Source: an uncultured Desulfobacula sp. (GTDB lineage Bacteria; Desulfobacterota; Desulfobacteria; Desulfobacterales; Desulfobacteraceae). Taken from it: a stretch of 64,000 nucleotides of DNA. The first letter of the stretch is position 1; every line of letters begins with the position of its first letter. Shown one piece after another: positions 19,547 through 29,683 of the stretch. A program made the translations under genes and the position numbers. Under the pieces are notes generated by a model, which was not told the origin of the DNA, did not search any database, and saw only the letters and a list, made by a program, of their open reading frames with translations. The stretch is from assembly GCA_964343845.1 (NCBI GenBank), contig CAYFKW010000016.1:19718-83717 (forward strand), in the 5' to 3' direction.

Positions 19547-20077
19547 TCAGGCTTTTGGTAAATGAGAAAACTGCTTGTTAATTATTTTGTTCCAGCCGTC
19601 CAGATCTGATTTTATTTTTTTGAAAAGAGACCCTGAATTGCCTTTAATGGTAATTTTTTCAATTGTATCGCCCTGGGCAATGCTGTCGACAACTTTTTGA
19701 TCTTCATCGCTTTCAACCGTACCAAAAACAGTATGCACGCCATCTAAATGCGGGGTGGGGCCGTGGGTGATAAAAAATTGACTCCCATTGGTTCCAGGTC
19801 CTGCATTGGCCATGGATAAAATTCCAGGTCTGTCATGTTTTAAATCTTTATTGAATTCATCTTTAAATTGATATCCCGGGCCACCCATACCGTTGCCGTA
19901 AGGGCATCCGCCCTGGATCATAAAATCTGCTATAACTCTGTGAAATGTCAGGCCATTATAGTATTCCCTTTTCGCAAGATTCGCAAAATTCCCACAGGTA
20001 ACTGGGGTTTGATCAGCGAATAATTTTATATTAATGGTTCCTTTGCTTGTCTCCATAACTGCTGTTAAGTCAGGCAT
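19547..20077 (-). CDS. Cyclophilin-type peptidyl-prolyl cis-trans isomerase
   Basis: [49 protein letters not shown] 20077 follows AAGGAG and is preferred over the track start 20143. Confidence 0.95.
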   Translation of the reverse strand: MPDLTAVMETSKGTINIKLFADQTPVTCGNFANLAKREYYNGLTFHRVIADFMIQGGCPYGNGMGGPGYQFKDEFNKDLKHDRPGILSMANAGPGTNGSQFFITHGPTPHLDGVHTVFGTVESDEDQKVVDSIAQGDTIEKITIKGNSGSLFKKIKSDLDGWNKIINKQFSHLPKA

Positions 20078-20186
20078 ATCGTTCTCCTTTAAAATTAAAA
20101 ACAAAATATGGTCAAAAACTAAGTGTTTGTTTGTATTTGTCAAATAAAAAAGAATTTCTCATAATTCACTGCAGATCTTGAGTATC

Positions 20187-20241
20187 AAATGACAATTACA
20201 CCCATTCCAATTATCGGCTGTATCTGAAAACCTTTCTGGCC
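20187..20241 (+). repeat. 3' half of the dispersed element (copy C)
   Basis: AAATGACAATTACACCCATTCCAATTATCGGCTGTATCTGAAAACCTTTCTGGC aligns with the 3' half of copies A and F. Confidence 0.65.
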
Positions 20242-20418
20242 ACCGCTATAATTAACAGGGTAGAAAATTTATTAAAAATTGATGTATGTCAAAGACTTGA
20301 ACGTTTTTTTATCTTAATTTTCATGCCATAATCTGAAAAGTAACAATGGATTTGCGACCAGCATGATTTTTAGCGGTTTTTTCAAAGATGATAATAAACA
20401 GTTAACTCAAGGAGATTC

Positions 20419-21012
20419 GTGGTGCCAAAACGCATGAACAAATGTATTCAGACCGTGACAGATGAAGATGTCTTAGAAGCAATGAAACGGATTCCAGGAT
20501 ACCTGGATATCACGCCATCTGATTTTCTGGAGGTTTATCGGGTTGCGTTTGATCATGCTTTATCCAGGATCAGAACGGCAGTACCGGCTGAGCATATTAT
20601 GACACGAAAAGTCATTTTTATCCATGAAGATACGCCATTGATTGAAGCTGTAATTAAAATGGCAGAACGTGAAATTTCCGGGCTTCCTGTCCTGAACAAC
20701 CAAAATAAGGTGGTGGGTGTAATATCTGAAAAAGATTTTCTTGTTCGAATGAATGAAAAGCATGCCCCCTCAATCATGCAGGTTCTTCTCCAATGCATGA
20801 ATACCAGCAGCTGTCTTGCCGTACCATTTAAACGGTTAAAAGCACGGGATATTATGTCATCGCCACCGGTCACTGTTAACAAAAATACACCCCTGATTGA
20901 TGTGGCAGATAAATTGGACCGTTTCAATATAAACCGGATTCCTGTGATCGATGATCACGAAAAACTGGTGGGGATCATTGCCAGATCAGACCTTCTTCAG
21001 GCTATGTGCTGA
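20419..21012 (+). CDS. CBS-domain protein
   Basis: IPGYLDITPSDF N-terminus, then two CBS motifs (ISGLPVL...VGVISEKD; INRIPVID...VGIIARSD); GTG after AAGGAG. Confidence 0.9.
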   Translation: MVPKRMNKCIQTVTDEDVLEAMKRIPGYLDITPSDFLEVYRVAFDHALSRIRTAVPAEHIMTRKVIFIHEDTPLIEAVIKMAEREISGLPVLNNQNKVVGVISEKDFLVRMNEKHAPSIMQVLLQCMNTSSCLAVPFKRLKARDIMSSPPVTVNKNTPLIDVADKLDRFNINRIPVIDDHEKLVGIIARSDLLQAMC

Positions 21013-21031
21013 TATGAAAAGGAGATTTGCA

Positions 21032-21571
21032 ATGACATCTTTACTGGAAAAAATGAGAGGTGGCGGCCAACGTCCTCCAAAAGTGGATACAGTAGAAATA
21101 TTTTGGTCATGGCTTGGTGCATTTTTAGGCATCGCACCTGTTGCCCTGATGAATTACAATTTATTATCAGGAACTGATTTCGTTTACATCATTGGCTCAT
21201 TTGGTGCTTCAGCTGTACTGATTTACGGTGCTGTCCGCAGCCCCCTGGCCCAGCCCCGGAATTTAATCGGCGGCCACATACTGTCAGCTTTTATAGGCGT
21301 ACTCGCTTTTCAACTGTTTCATCCGTTCCCCTGGTTTGCTGCTGCTTTTTCGGTTGCAACAGCCATTGCTGTTATGCACGCCACACAAACCCTTCATCCG
21401 CCAGGGGGAGCAACAGCTTTAATTGCGGTAATCGGCAGTGAAAGAATACACGGCCTGGGGTTTTGGTATCTTTTGTTTCCGGTAGGCTGCGGCGTGATGG
21501 TAATGCTGGTTGTGGCACTGGTAATCAATAATATAGCAAAAAACAGAAAATATCCTGAGTTCTGGTTTTAA
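21032..21571 (+). CDS. HPP-family membrane protein
   Basis: SFGASAVL, SPLAQPRNLIGGH, LHPPGGATAL; ATG 21032 after AAGGAG. Confidence 0.92.
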   Translation: MTSLLEKMRGGGQRPPKVDTVEIFWSWLGAFLGIAPVALMNYNLLSGTDFVYIIGSFGASAVLIYGAVRSPLAQPRNLIGGHILSAFIGVLAFQLFHPFPWFAAAFSVATAIAVMHATQTLHPPGGATALIAVIGSERIHGLGFWYLLFPVGCGVMVMLVVALVINNIAKNRKYPEFWF

Positions 21572-24057
21572 AGATCAGTTGAATCCAGGGTCTGATGAAT
21601 TTTAGCCAAAACAATGGTAATGTTGTCTTTGCCGCCTAAATCCAAAGCAGCCTGCCTTAATTCTTTTGCCTTGGACTCAATGGCGGACGCACTGTTTAAT
21701 ATTGCAAAAATTTGTTTTTGAGGGACCATTTTATGCAGCCCGTCTGTTGCCAGGATCAATAAATCATTCTTTTTGATTTTAAACGTCCCGGTCTGTGGCG
21801 CACAATCCCCATAACCAATACACTGGTCTAGAATGTCATATGAATAATGTTCTTTTGCCTTTTCTGGAGCCAGCTCTCCTTCTTCTACCAGAAATTTCGC
21901 AAGGGTTTGATCTTCACTGAGCTGGATTAATGTTTTGTCCCTTAATAGATACAAACGCGAATCTCCAACATTGATCCAGTGGAAATGGTCTTTTTTTAAT
22001 ATGGCACAAACCAGTGTTGTTGCCATTCCCTCAAGTTCACGCTGGGTCTGTGCTTTATCGCTTAAAATGGTATCAAGCTCATGAACCAGTTGTTTTAACT
22101 GAGTAATTTCATTTCCTGGATTTAACTTTTGAAGTCCCACGAGAGTTCCTTTTACGATTTCAGCAGCAAAATCACTGGAAACATCTCCTCCCAAACCGTC
22201 TGCTACAGCCAGAAGTAAAGACTTGTCCCCCATTTGACGAACCAGGTACCGATCTTCATTTGTCTTTTTTTTAAGCCCGGTATGTGTTAATCCGAAAATA
22301 TCAATATTATCAATTTTTAAATTGGTTTGACCTGATCCCTGGTTCACGTGTTTATAGAAACTGCATTCCATGCAGGAATCAATTTTTTCAGCAAATTTAC
22401 CCGAAATCGAGTTGCTGCAAAAAGTTCCTGCAACCAGCCAGCAAGCCCTGCCTGCGTTTTCACCTTCGTTGAGACCATCAAGTGAAGAGGTCTGGGTCGC
22501 AGGACATGTTTCGCATGCATCAGTGTCTGACCCATCCGGACCTCGGCCGCACTGCATAAATTCCCAACAGTTTTTTTTGCGGTCCTTTTTTATAAACAGC
22601 TCGGTTTCAGCTTTTTTTAAATCTTTGACAGCGTCTTCCATGTGTTTATATCTTTCTTCCGGGTTTATGCGGCAGGCTTTTATAATAAATCGGTTTAAAG
22701 AATCAGGAAGACCGGGTATCATATCACCAGGATCCGGGATCTGCTTTTGGCATCGCAATTTCAAGAATTTCGCAGGATCCGATTCAGGGTAGGGCCTTTT
22801 TCCTGACAGCATTTCAAAAGCTGCTGTCCCAAGGGAGTATATTTCACTTTGAATGCTGGCCGGCTCGCCGTTACAGATTTCTGGCGCAAGGTATGAAAAG
22901 GTACCGTCAAGCATATCATCTTCGTCATGGATAAAACTTGCCAGACCAAAATCCACGAGTTTCACAAGATGATTTTTTGTAACTACAAGGTTCTCAGGGT
23001 TGATATCCTTGTGCAAAACACCCATGTTATAAGCATACTGGATGGCCTTGCAGGCCTGATGCAGATAATTCAGGGCCGTTTCAGGGTCAATCTTTTTCTT
23101 CTTTTTTAACTTGGCAGCGATGGACTCGCCTTCCAGATATTCCATAATAATAAACGCAGTGCGAAATCTTTCTTTTACATCAAATACATTGATGATGTTC
23201 TCGTGGTTCAGGCTGGAAACAATTTTTGCCTCATTCCTGAATTTTTCCAGCAGATCAGAATCCGTAACCATATTGTGCCGCATCATTTTTATGGCCACTT
23301 CCCTCTCGTCCTTTGAATCCACCCCTTTGTATACGATGGAATATCCGCCCCGGCCAATAATATCCGTTGCAATATAACGCCCAATGGTCCGCTCTGAGAT
23401 AGGCCTTTTTGAATCGAATCTATCTGCTACAATTTCTGTAAGAAAATTAAACAGATCTGGATCATCCTCCGGTATTTTTTCAAACAGGTTTTTTTTCAGC
23501 ACCCAGAGCTCCATATCAGTTTCAGATTCAATATGAGAGTTTACCGGTTCTCCTGTAAACAGGGCAGACATATTTAATATATCGCCTTCACCACGGTGGT
23601 CAATTGGATGTAGAAGCCCTTTTTTTTCTACCAGAAGGAGACAGGAGCCTCTTCGGATGATATAGGCTTCAACAGGTGCCTGGCCCTGAACAATAAAACG
23701 GGTCGATTTATTAACCTTTTTCAATTCAAGGCCGTTTAAGATGGCATGTTTGGTGTGCGGTGGCAGAAAACGTAAAAATTTGGTTCTAAGGTTCAAAGTG
23801 CCTTCCTGTGCATTGACAATTTTAAAAAAATCACACTCCTGGCAGGTCGTCTGTTTATCAGCATATGACCCCTGGCTTTTCCCTTCACAGAAAGTCCCTG
23901 CCACGGCCCAGCAGAAACGGCCGGCACATATGCCAGAATTTATCCCGTCAAATGTTTTGTCCGCAGCAGCAGGGCAGACACCAAATTCTTTTGTGTTTTT
24001 CCCGCCCGGCTCACGCCCGCAATCATTGTATTCCCAGCAATTTAGCCGTTTTTGCAT
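21568..24057 (-). CDS. Multidomain signalling protein: Cys-rich (two-CW) - cNMP-like - Ser/Thr kinase - Cys-rich (two-CW) - PP2C phosphatase
   Basis: CWEYNDCGRE...GRFCWAVAGTFC...CQEC and CWEFMQCGRG...GRACWLVAGTFC...CMEC; cNMP-like segment FIVQG...YIIRRG; kinase GRGGYSIVY, VAIK, HKDINPEN, DFG, APE; PP2C NEDR, VADGLGG, NVGDSR, TDGL, GGKDNIT. Confidence 0.88.
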   Translation of the reverse strand: MQKRLNCWEYNDCGREPGGKNTKEFGVCPAAADKTFDGINSGICAGRFCWAVAGTFCEGKSQGSYADKQTTCQECDFFKIVNAQEGTLNLRTKFLRFLPPHTKHAILNGLELKKVNKSTRFIVQGQAPVEAYIIRRGSCLLLVEKKGLLHPIDHRGEGDILNMSALFTGEPVNSHIESETDMELWVLKKNLFEKIPEDDPDLFNFLTEIVADRFDSKRPISERTIGRYIATDIIGRGGYSIVYKGVDSKDEREVAIKMMRHNMVTDSDLLEKFRNEAKIVSSLNHENIINVFDVKERFRTAFIIMEYLEGESIAAKLKKKKKIDPETALNYLHQACKAIQYAYNMGVLHKDINPENLVVTKNHLVKLVDFGLASFIHDEDDMLDGTFSYLAPEICNGEPASIQSEIYSLGTAAFEMLSGKRPYPESDPAKFLKLRCQKQIPDPGDMIPGLPDSLNRFIIKACRINPEERYKHMEDAVKDLKKAETELFIKKDRKKNCWEFMQCGRGPDGSDTDACETCPATQTSSLDGLNEGENAGRACWLVAGTFCSNSISGKFAEKIDSCMECSFYKHVNQGSGQTNLKIDNIDIFGLTHTGLKKKTNEDRYLVRQMGDKSLLLAVADGLGGDVSSDFAAEIVKGTLVGLQKLNPGNEITQLKQLVHELDTILSDKAQTQRELEGMATTLVCAILKKDHFHWINVGDSRLYLLRDKTLIQLSEDQTLAKFLVEEGELAPEKAKEHYSYDILDQCIGYGDCAPQTGTFKIKKNDLLILATDGLHKMVPQKQIFAILNSASAIESKAKELRQAALDLGGKDNITIVLAKIHQTLDSTDL

Positions 24058-24083
24058 TATCAACCAACGCCTCTGCCATTTTT

Positions 24084-24647
24084 TTATTTTGTGCCTGTAT
24101 CTATTAAGGTCTGCATTTCATGGATTAATTCAAGGTTGTTTTTAATGGGGTTCTTTTTTTCTATTGTTTGTTTTTCAAGTTCAAATTGCGCCATCAGCAT
24201 TTTTTTTTCGTTATCAGACAATTCTTTTTCCACCATGGGAAAAAACAGATGGTCTTCCATAAATATGTGTCGGCATAAAACAGAAACAAACGAAGCCAGA
24301 TTTGTCAACAGGCTGGTTATGGCAATTTCATTTCCCATCTCATACCCTTTAATGGATTTTTCAATTTTTGTTAGAAATTGACGACCAATCTCATGCTGAT
24401 GGCGGAGAGACCCTATTTCAAGATCGAGAAGGCCCTTTTTTTTCGTAGCTAGGAAACCGAACATCAGAAATTCTTCTTTATAGTGATGGTAGTTATCTGC
24501 ATAATTTCTAAAAAAAGGTACTGCAGCCTGAAAAAATTCTTTTGGCGGGTGTAAATTTTTTTCAATATTGTTCCTTGCATCCTTTAAAAAATCCAACCCC
24601 TGTAGGATGAAGACATGCTCATCAATTAACGCCTGCGTGATTTTCAT
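24084..24647 (-). CDS. Hemerythrin (HHE) domain protein
   Basis: EHVFI, HHYKEEFLMF, HQHEIGR, HIFMEDHLFFP di-iron ligand pattern. Confidence 0.9.
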   Translation of the reverse strand: MKITQALIDEHVFILQGLDFLKDARNNIEKNLHPPKEFFQAAVPFFRNYADNYHHYKEEFLMFGFLATKKKGLLDLEIGSLRHQHEIGRQFLTKIEKSIKGYEMGNEIAITSLLTNLASFVSVLCRHIFMEDHLFFPMVEKELSDNEKKMLMAQFELEKQTIEKKNPIKNNLELIHEMQTLIDTGTK

Positions 24648-24790
24648 AGCGTCTTTTCCTTAAAAGATAATATTTTTGACAGGTTTCCAGCCGCATAATT
24701 ATAATTATATGTATTATACCGGTAATATGAAAGTTATTTCATTGATTCAGGTCAAGAATAAAAAAAGGAAAAAGAAGTCTGTGCTTTAAT

Positions 24791-24882
24791 ATAGTGACTG
24801 CCGGTAAACTTTTCGTATTGTACAGATGATTGACAGGCATACCCCTGCCAATCATCGGCTGTATAGCAAAACCTTTCTGGCA
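24791..24882 (+). repeat. Short, internally deleted copy of the dispersed element (copy D); near-continuous hairpin
   Basis: ATAGTGACTGCCGGTAAACTTTTCGTATTGTACAGATGATTGACAGG-CATACC-CCTGCCAATCATCGGCTGTATAGCAAAACCTTTCTGGCA. Confidence 0.75.
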
Positions 24883-25105
24883 AATGTTATAAATTCCCAT
24901 TGTGAATACCGTTAAAAAATGATATTAATTTCATAGTGATCTAATAGGAAATCGAATAAACAGAATCTATTCATTCTGAGCAGTTCCTGCATCCGTTATC
25001 AAGGTGCCCGTTGAAATTGAAAAGATACAATCAAGCCAAGTTCTATCTGGTTGGTAAACTGGTTTTGTGGTTTATGACTAATCTTTTTTAAAAGGAGGGT
25101 ATCAT

Positions 25106-25450
25106 ATGATTGCAAAAGTGATTATCAAAAGAGAAATTAAACAAGGGAAGGAGGGCGATTTTTTTTCACATTTGAGGAATCTCCGCTTCAAAGCAATGGG
25201 TCAGGAAGGTTATATTTCAGGAGAAACCCTGATTTGTGCTGAAAAACCCAGCAAGGTGCTGATCATCAGCAAATGGGAATCATTGGAACACTGGAGAGCA
25301 TGGGAATCAAATGAAACAAGAAAGGAGGCTGACATCCTCATTAATCAATTACAGGAAGTTCCGACAGAATATGAAGCCTATGTCTTTAGCAAGTATAAAG
25401 CTGCTGCCTCACAGGGGTTCCCACCCCCGCTGCAAAGAATAGACAGTTAG
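25106..25450 (+). CDS. Antibiotic biosynthesis monooxygenase (ABM)-family protein
   Basis: GYISGETL, VLIISKWESLEHWRAW; AAGGAGG RBS. Confidence 0.85.
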   Translation: MIAKVIIKREIKQGKEGDFFSHLRNLRFKAMGQEGYISGETLICAEKPSKVLIISKWESLEHWRAWESNETRKEADILINQLQEVPTEYEAYVFSKYKAAASQGFPPPLQRIDS

Positions 25451-25459
25451 AAAAAAAGG

Positions 25460-25498
25460 ATAAGGCCGGCTTCTTTGTTGTAGAAAATCCGGCCTTAT
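25460..25498. terminator. Hairpin between convergent genes, likely bidirectional terminator
   Basis: ATAAGGCCGG ... CCGGCCTTAT with an A-run on the left flank. Confidence 0.6.
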
Positions 25499-25525
25499 AT
25501 CAATTCTAACCTCTCATGTGAAACA

Positions 25526-28120
25526 TTATATTGGCATCACCTTTCGATAGACTTTATCAAACGGTAATGCAGTACCATCAATGGTTAAAAGATCATCTTC
25601 AACGGAAATGCCGAACAGTGCTTCATTCTCTTTTAAATATGGAAGAATGAGGTTCCAGTCTGCATCTGTGAGCTCAGCAAACTTGCCGCCATTCAGATGC
25701 TCATCAACTACCTTACATTCCGGGTCTCTTAAAAAGATGGCACCGCCTGATGCAAGTGAAAACAGGTTTGACCCCGGATACGGCATGTCAAGATCAATCA
25801 CATTTCCGTTATCATCAAATTTAATACCATTGACAATAACAAAGCCGCCGCCATTCAGGGGATCACCTGCCATAAACGATTCAGCAAGGTAATCTAGACA
25901 CGTACCATTAATCACAACCCTTGGGCCGCCTGTTGCATTTATCAGGGGACGACCCGCAGCATTGCCCAATATATAAACATCCCCGCCTTTAGCGCCATAC
26001 ATAAAGGTTTGACCGACATCTCCGTGGACGACGAATTTTCCGCGTTTCATGATCTGTCCCAATTGATCCTGGGCATTCCCGTGAACATGGATCTGCATAC
26101 CATCAATCCCGGATGCCATGTAATCGCCTGAACTGTCGTACACATCAAATCGTACATCATCTGTACCAGGTCCAAACCCGCAGCCTGTAAATCTCTGGCC
26201 TTTGTATCCATAGCAGATATATTGCTTCCAGCCCAATCGATAGGCGTTGTTAATCATCCTGGAATCGCAATCTTTGCCTTCGGGCTCGAATTCTCGGGCA
26301 TTTACAATGAGAATTTTTTCCTTACCTTCTGGTGCGCGTAAATCTTTTCTTGTTGCACGATCAATATATGCATACCGCTGGTTTTTACTGTCTCCAATTT
26401 TAGGTGAGGATTTAAATATGGATGTCAGGCTTTCTCTGATAATTTGGAGAACCGAACTCCTTTTCTTATTGCCTGTTGGAAACAATCTGTCGTTTAAATG
26501 GGAGAGAAGATCAATGCCCATTCTCTTTTTATCATCATTATCCTTGGCAAATCCTTCAATCAACCCGCAAAGCTGTTTTAATTCTTCAAAACTTAAACCG
26601 GCAATCTCAGAGATACAGGCTTGTTTTAACCCCTGCAGATCCTGTGCGTCAAAAAGTTCGGTTATCTTATCTGTCAACGCTTTGTTCTCTTTTGTCCGCC
26701 CTAAATCCAACGTTACATCAAAATGGATTTGACCTTCTGGTGTCTGCACAACCTCACCGAATTTATTCTGTGTAATGAGTTTTTTAGATCCATCCCCTTT
26801 TTCGGAATCTTTTACAGTAAATGTAAATGCACCGCCGTCAGTGGCACTTCCTCCTCTGGCATTCCAGTATTTATCTGCAATTGGACAAAATCTGCTGTCT
26901 TCTTCAGCAATACTCTGCAATGTGGCATCTATGGCCTGTTTTTCAGAACAGACAAGCCCGATTTGAACGTCATCTCTTTCCTGGAGTGCGAAGACCTGGG
27001 GTCTTAACATCGCTGTGTCTGTGATGCCGATCAGCTGAAGGAGGTCCTTGTAAGGATCATTCCTTGCAATAATAAAGAACCAGGGCCCGTCAGGTGAGCC
27101 TGTCATATGCTGGGATTGAATGTATTTATACACATCCTGTTTATGGGAGGGCAGGCAGTCAAAATCATACTCAGTCGTCGGTGCCAGGGCTTCAATAATA
27201 TATTCCAATGGATAGTTAAAGACGCGGTTATACAGATCCAGTAAAAGAATAGAGGTTTCCGTGTCTGTCAGAAACTGGGGATAGATATTATATTGATTCA
27301 GGTATTCACATACAGCATGATAATTTGCAAAATCACCATTATGCACCAACGCTTCGTGCATACCTGAGAAAGGATGTGCACCGCCTGGATGCCACAGCCT
27401 GCCCCTGGTGGGATACCGCTGATGGGCGATCCAGCCGTGGGCCCTGAAATCATCCAGACAATAATACTGTGTTGCCTGCTCAGCATAGCCAACCACTTTT
27501 AATATCATCACATTTCTTGCATGGGACATAACAAACGCCTGCTTATCACCAAGAGAGGCATAATACGTCTGATTTAACCGTGTTGAATTCTGAAAAACAA
27601 ATTCATCTTCTGCTTTTCGCGGGTCCATGCCATAGAAATCATTATATCGGATAAATTTCTCTAAAACATCTGGTTTGACACGTACAAAATACCGCCACAC
27701 ATCCGGTGGTTTTACATCAAGCCCGATAGAGGTGTAATCATCTATAGTGGGTGTTTTTTCTGATTTGTATATATCAAACATGGGGGTAATATTGGTGGAT
27801 TCAACCTGAGGGATGGCGTCATTATCCAGGTAGGCAACCTGCAGTAGATAATGGTCTTCCAGGACGTCCTGCGGTACGCCTAAATCACTGGCACTCAGTC
27901 CAACGGCAGCAATACCGCCGCCTTTACCATTCCCCCTGTTATGCATTTGGACAGAAGGTTCATAAATATGTTTGCCCGCAACAGGGATGTTGGCCATAAA
28001 ACCTGTTACACCGCATCCGCCTTCTTCATCACATTTGTTAACAGGTGTTTTGGTGTGGGGCAGCCGGCCCCTTGAAGCCAATATGTTGTTTATGATGTTA
28101 TCTGTATTTGTCTTCATCAT
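25526..28120 (-). CDS. Glutamate synthase-like protein: class II glutamine amidotransferase fused to GXGXG domain
   Basis: EEGGCGVTGF (Ntn Cys), HNRGNGKGGG, AHQRYPT, HPF, HNGDFAN, TDTE; C-terminal GXGXG repeats (GQRFTGCG, GNAQDQ, GDVGQTFMYGAKGG, GNAAGRP, ESFMAG). Confidence 0.88.
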   Translation of the reverse strand: MMKTNTDNIINNILASRGRLPHTKTPVNKCDEEGGCGVTGFMANIPVAGKHIYEPSVQMHNRGNGKGGGIAAVGLSASDLGVPQDVLEDHYLLQVAYLDNDAIPQVESTNITPMFDIYKSEKTPTIDDYTSIGLDVKPPDVWRYFVRVKPDVLEKFIRYNDFYGMDPRKAEDEFVFQNSTRLNQTYYASLGDKQAFVMSHARNVMILKVVGYAEQATQYYCLDDFRAHGWIAHQRYPTRGRLWHPGGAHPFSGMHEALVHNGDFANYHAVCEYLNQYNIYPQFLTDTETSILLLDLYNRVFNYPLEYIIEALAPTTEYDFDCLPSHKQDVYKYIQSQHMTGSPDGPWFFIIARNDPYKDLLQLIGITDTAMLRPQVFALQERDDVQIGLVCSEKQAIDATLQSIAEEDSRFCPIADKYWNARGGSATDGGAFTFTVKDSEKGDGSKKLITQNKFGEVVQTPEGQIHFDVTLDLGRTKENKALTDKITELFDAQDLQGLKQACISEIAGLSFEELKQLCGLIEGFAKDNDDKKRMGIDLLSHLNDRLFPTGNKKRSSVLQIIRESLTSIFKSSPKIGDSKNQRYAYIDRATRKDLRAPEGKEKILIVNAREFEPEGKDCDSRMINNAYRLGWKQYICYGYKGQRFTGCGFGPGTDDVRFDVYDSSGDYMASGIDGMQIHVHGNAQDQLGQIMKRGKFVVHGDVGQTFMYGAKGGDVYILGNAAGRPLINATGGPRVVINGTCLDYLAESFMAGDPLNGGGFVIVNGIKFDDNGNVIDLDMPYPGSNLFSLASGGAIFLRDPECKVVDEHLNGGKFAELTDADWNLILPYLKENEALFGISVEDDLLTIDGTALPFDKVYRKVMPI

Positions 28121-28135
28121 TTATTCAAGTCCTTA

Positions 28136-29680
28136 TTATAAAACCATTTTGTACTCAGGTGCCGGTTGGTATTTCTTTTTTTCTTCCTCATCCAGATAGT
28201 CAAGGTGAACCAGAAGATCTGAACGGCCGCGAAGCTCTTTAATACTTTTTAAACCATAGGTTCTTAAAATATCGCACCACTGTTTCCGCCAGGCCATATA
28301 CATATTGACCAGGCGCTGCTCAACATATTCTTCATCGGTCATATATCCGAGTTCCGGGTCTGTGGATGCGATACCACGTGCACAGCCGCGCCCGCTTTCA
28401 CAATTCCCGCATCTGACACATTCAACTGCAACAAGATCAGCAGTTCCGATGACACATCCATCAGCACCAAGCGCAATGGCTTTTGCAACATCGAGTCCGT
28501 TTCGGATTCCTCCGCTGGCAATCAAGGTAACCTTGTCTCTGGCGCCTTCTTCAACGAGAAATCTGTGGACTTTTGGAATAGCATATTCAATTGGCATTGC
28601 AATATTCTTTTTGGCGATATCAGGCGCAGCCCCTGTTCCGCCGTAACTGCCGTCTATATGAATAATATGGGCACCCGCGTAATAGGCACCAACTGCTACC
28701 ATGTCCACATCTGTCGGCGTAGACACTTTTATGGAGCATAATACATTGTTATTGATCTCTTTCATCCAGTCTACATGTTTTTTATGATCTTCAACTGAGT
28801 AAACAGAGTGGAATGGAAAGGGAGAAAAAAGAGAGGCGCCTACAACTGTTTCTCTCATTTTGGCAACGGCTTCAGTTACTTTTTCTCCTAAGAGATGTCC
28901 GCCCAATCCTGGCTTTGCCCCCTGGGCATATTTAAATTCCATGATGGGGCAGTGTTGTATTGTTTCCTCCCTGACGCCAAACAGTCCTGTTGCCACCTGT
29001 GTAATCACATGCTCTTTGTAGGGTAGGAATTCAGGCGGGTACCCACCTTCTCCTGTACAGGTGAGAGAATTAAGTCTTTTGGCTGCTCTTGCTCTGCCGA
29101 CAATGATAGATAACGCTGTAGACCCGTAAGACATACCGCCCCCATAACAGGGAATGGAAATGGTTTTTTCAGGTCTGCCGTCTCCTGTCTTGTTCAGTTC
29201 AATGCTGGTATCAATGTCTTCATCACTAATATCTATGGCAGTGCTGGGATCCGGTTCAATAAATCGCATTTTATCAAACCCGCCGCCAGAGTTGCCTAAA
29301 TTATACTCAAGATCTACATGGGGCAGCTCTCCGGTCTCTGCCATGGCAAAATGACCCAACAGCATATCTGGTGTCCACCGGTAATCTCCCATGGTGTCCA
29401 ATAAAGGGTTTTCTTTTAACACCATGGCATCTTCAGGGCAGTGTTCAATACAATAGTGATCGGTTTTTTTACAGTCAGGCCCCACGCAGTTGTGTTCAAC
29501 CGGTCGAAAGGGCGATTTATGATTGTCCGGCATGATGTGAACACCATGAGGGCAGAGCTCTGCACACTTACCGCAAGAAACGCATTTAGCATTTCTTTTG
29601 ACAATATATTTGCCGATGGTGTTTCGAAACCGTGAAGGTGTTTTTTTGATTTCAGGCAGTTTTATTTCTGAATTACTCAT
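28136..29680 (-). CDS. Glutamate synthase FMN-binding subunit (GltB2 type) with N-terminal ferredoxin
   Basis: CVSCGKCAELCP...CIEHCP; GGGMSYGS, TGEGG, QVATGLFGV, EFKYAQGAKPGLGGHL, SGGIR, ALGADG, CVRCGNC...C. Confidence 0.92.
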   Translation of the reverse strand: MSNSEIKLPEIKKTPSRFRNTIGKYIVKRNAKCVSCGKCAELCPHGVHIMPDNHKSPFRPVEHNCVGPDCKKTDHYCIEHCPEDAMVLKENPLLDTMGDYRWTPDMLLGHFAMAETGELPHVDLEYNLGNSGGGFDKMRFIEPDPSTAIDISDEDIDTSIELNKTGDGRPEKTISIPCYGGGMSYGSTALSIIVGRARAAKRLNSLTCTGEGGYPPEFLPYKEHVITQVATGLFGVREETIQHCPIMEFKYAQGAKPGLGGHLLGEKVTEAVAKMRETVVGASLFSPFPFHSVYSVEDHKKHVDWMKEINNNVLCSIKVSTPTDVDMVAVGAYYAGAHIIHIDGSYGGTGAAPDIAKKNIAMPIEYAIPKVHRFLVEEGARDKVTLIASGGIRNGLDVAKAIALGADGCVIGTADLVAVECVRCGNCESGRGCARGIASTDPELGYMTDEEYVEQRLVNMYMAWRKQWCDILRTYGLKSIKELRGRSDLLVHLDYLDEEEKKKYQPAPEYKMVL

Positions 29681-29683
29681 AAT

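Noticed and set aside
21010-21012. TGA after Cys at the end of the CBS gene as possible selenocysteine read-through
   Set aside because: The CBS pair is complete, the next gene has its own RBS in another frame, and no SECIS-like hairpin was evident.
24680-24730. CAGCCGCATAATT...TACCGGTAAT as another copy of the dispersed element (likewise CAGCCGATTG near 3798)
   Set aside because: Only 8-10 nt of similarity, which is within chance in AT-rich DNA.
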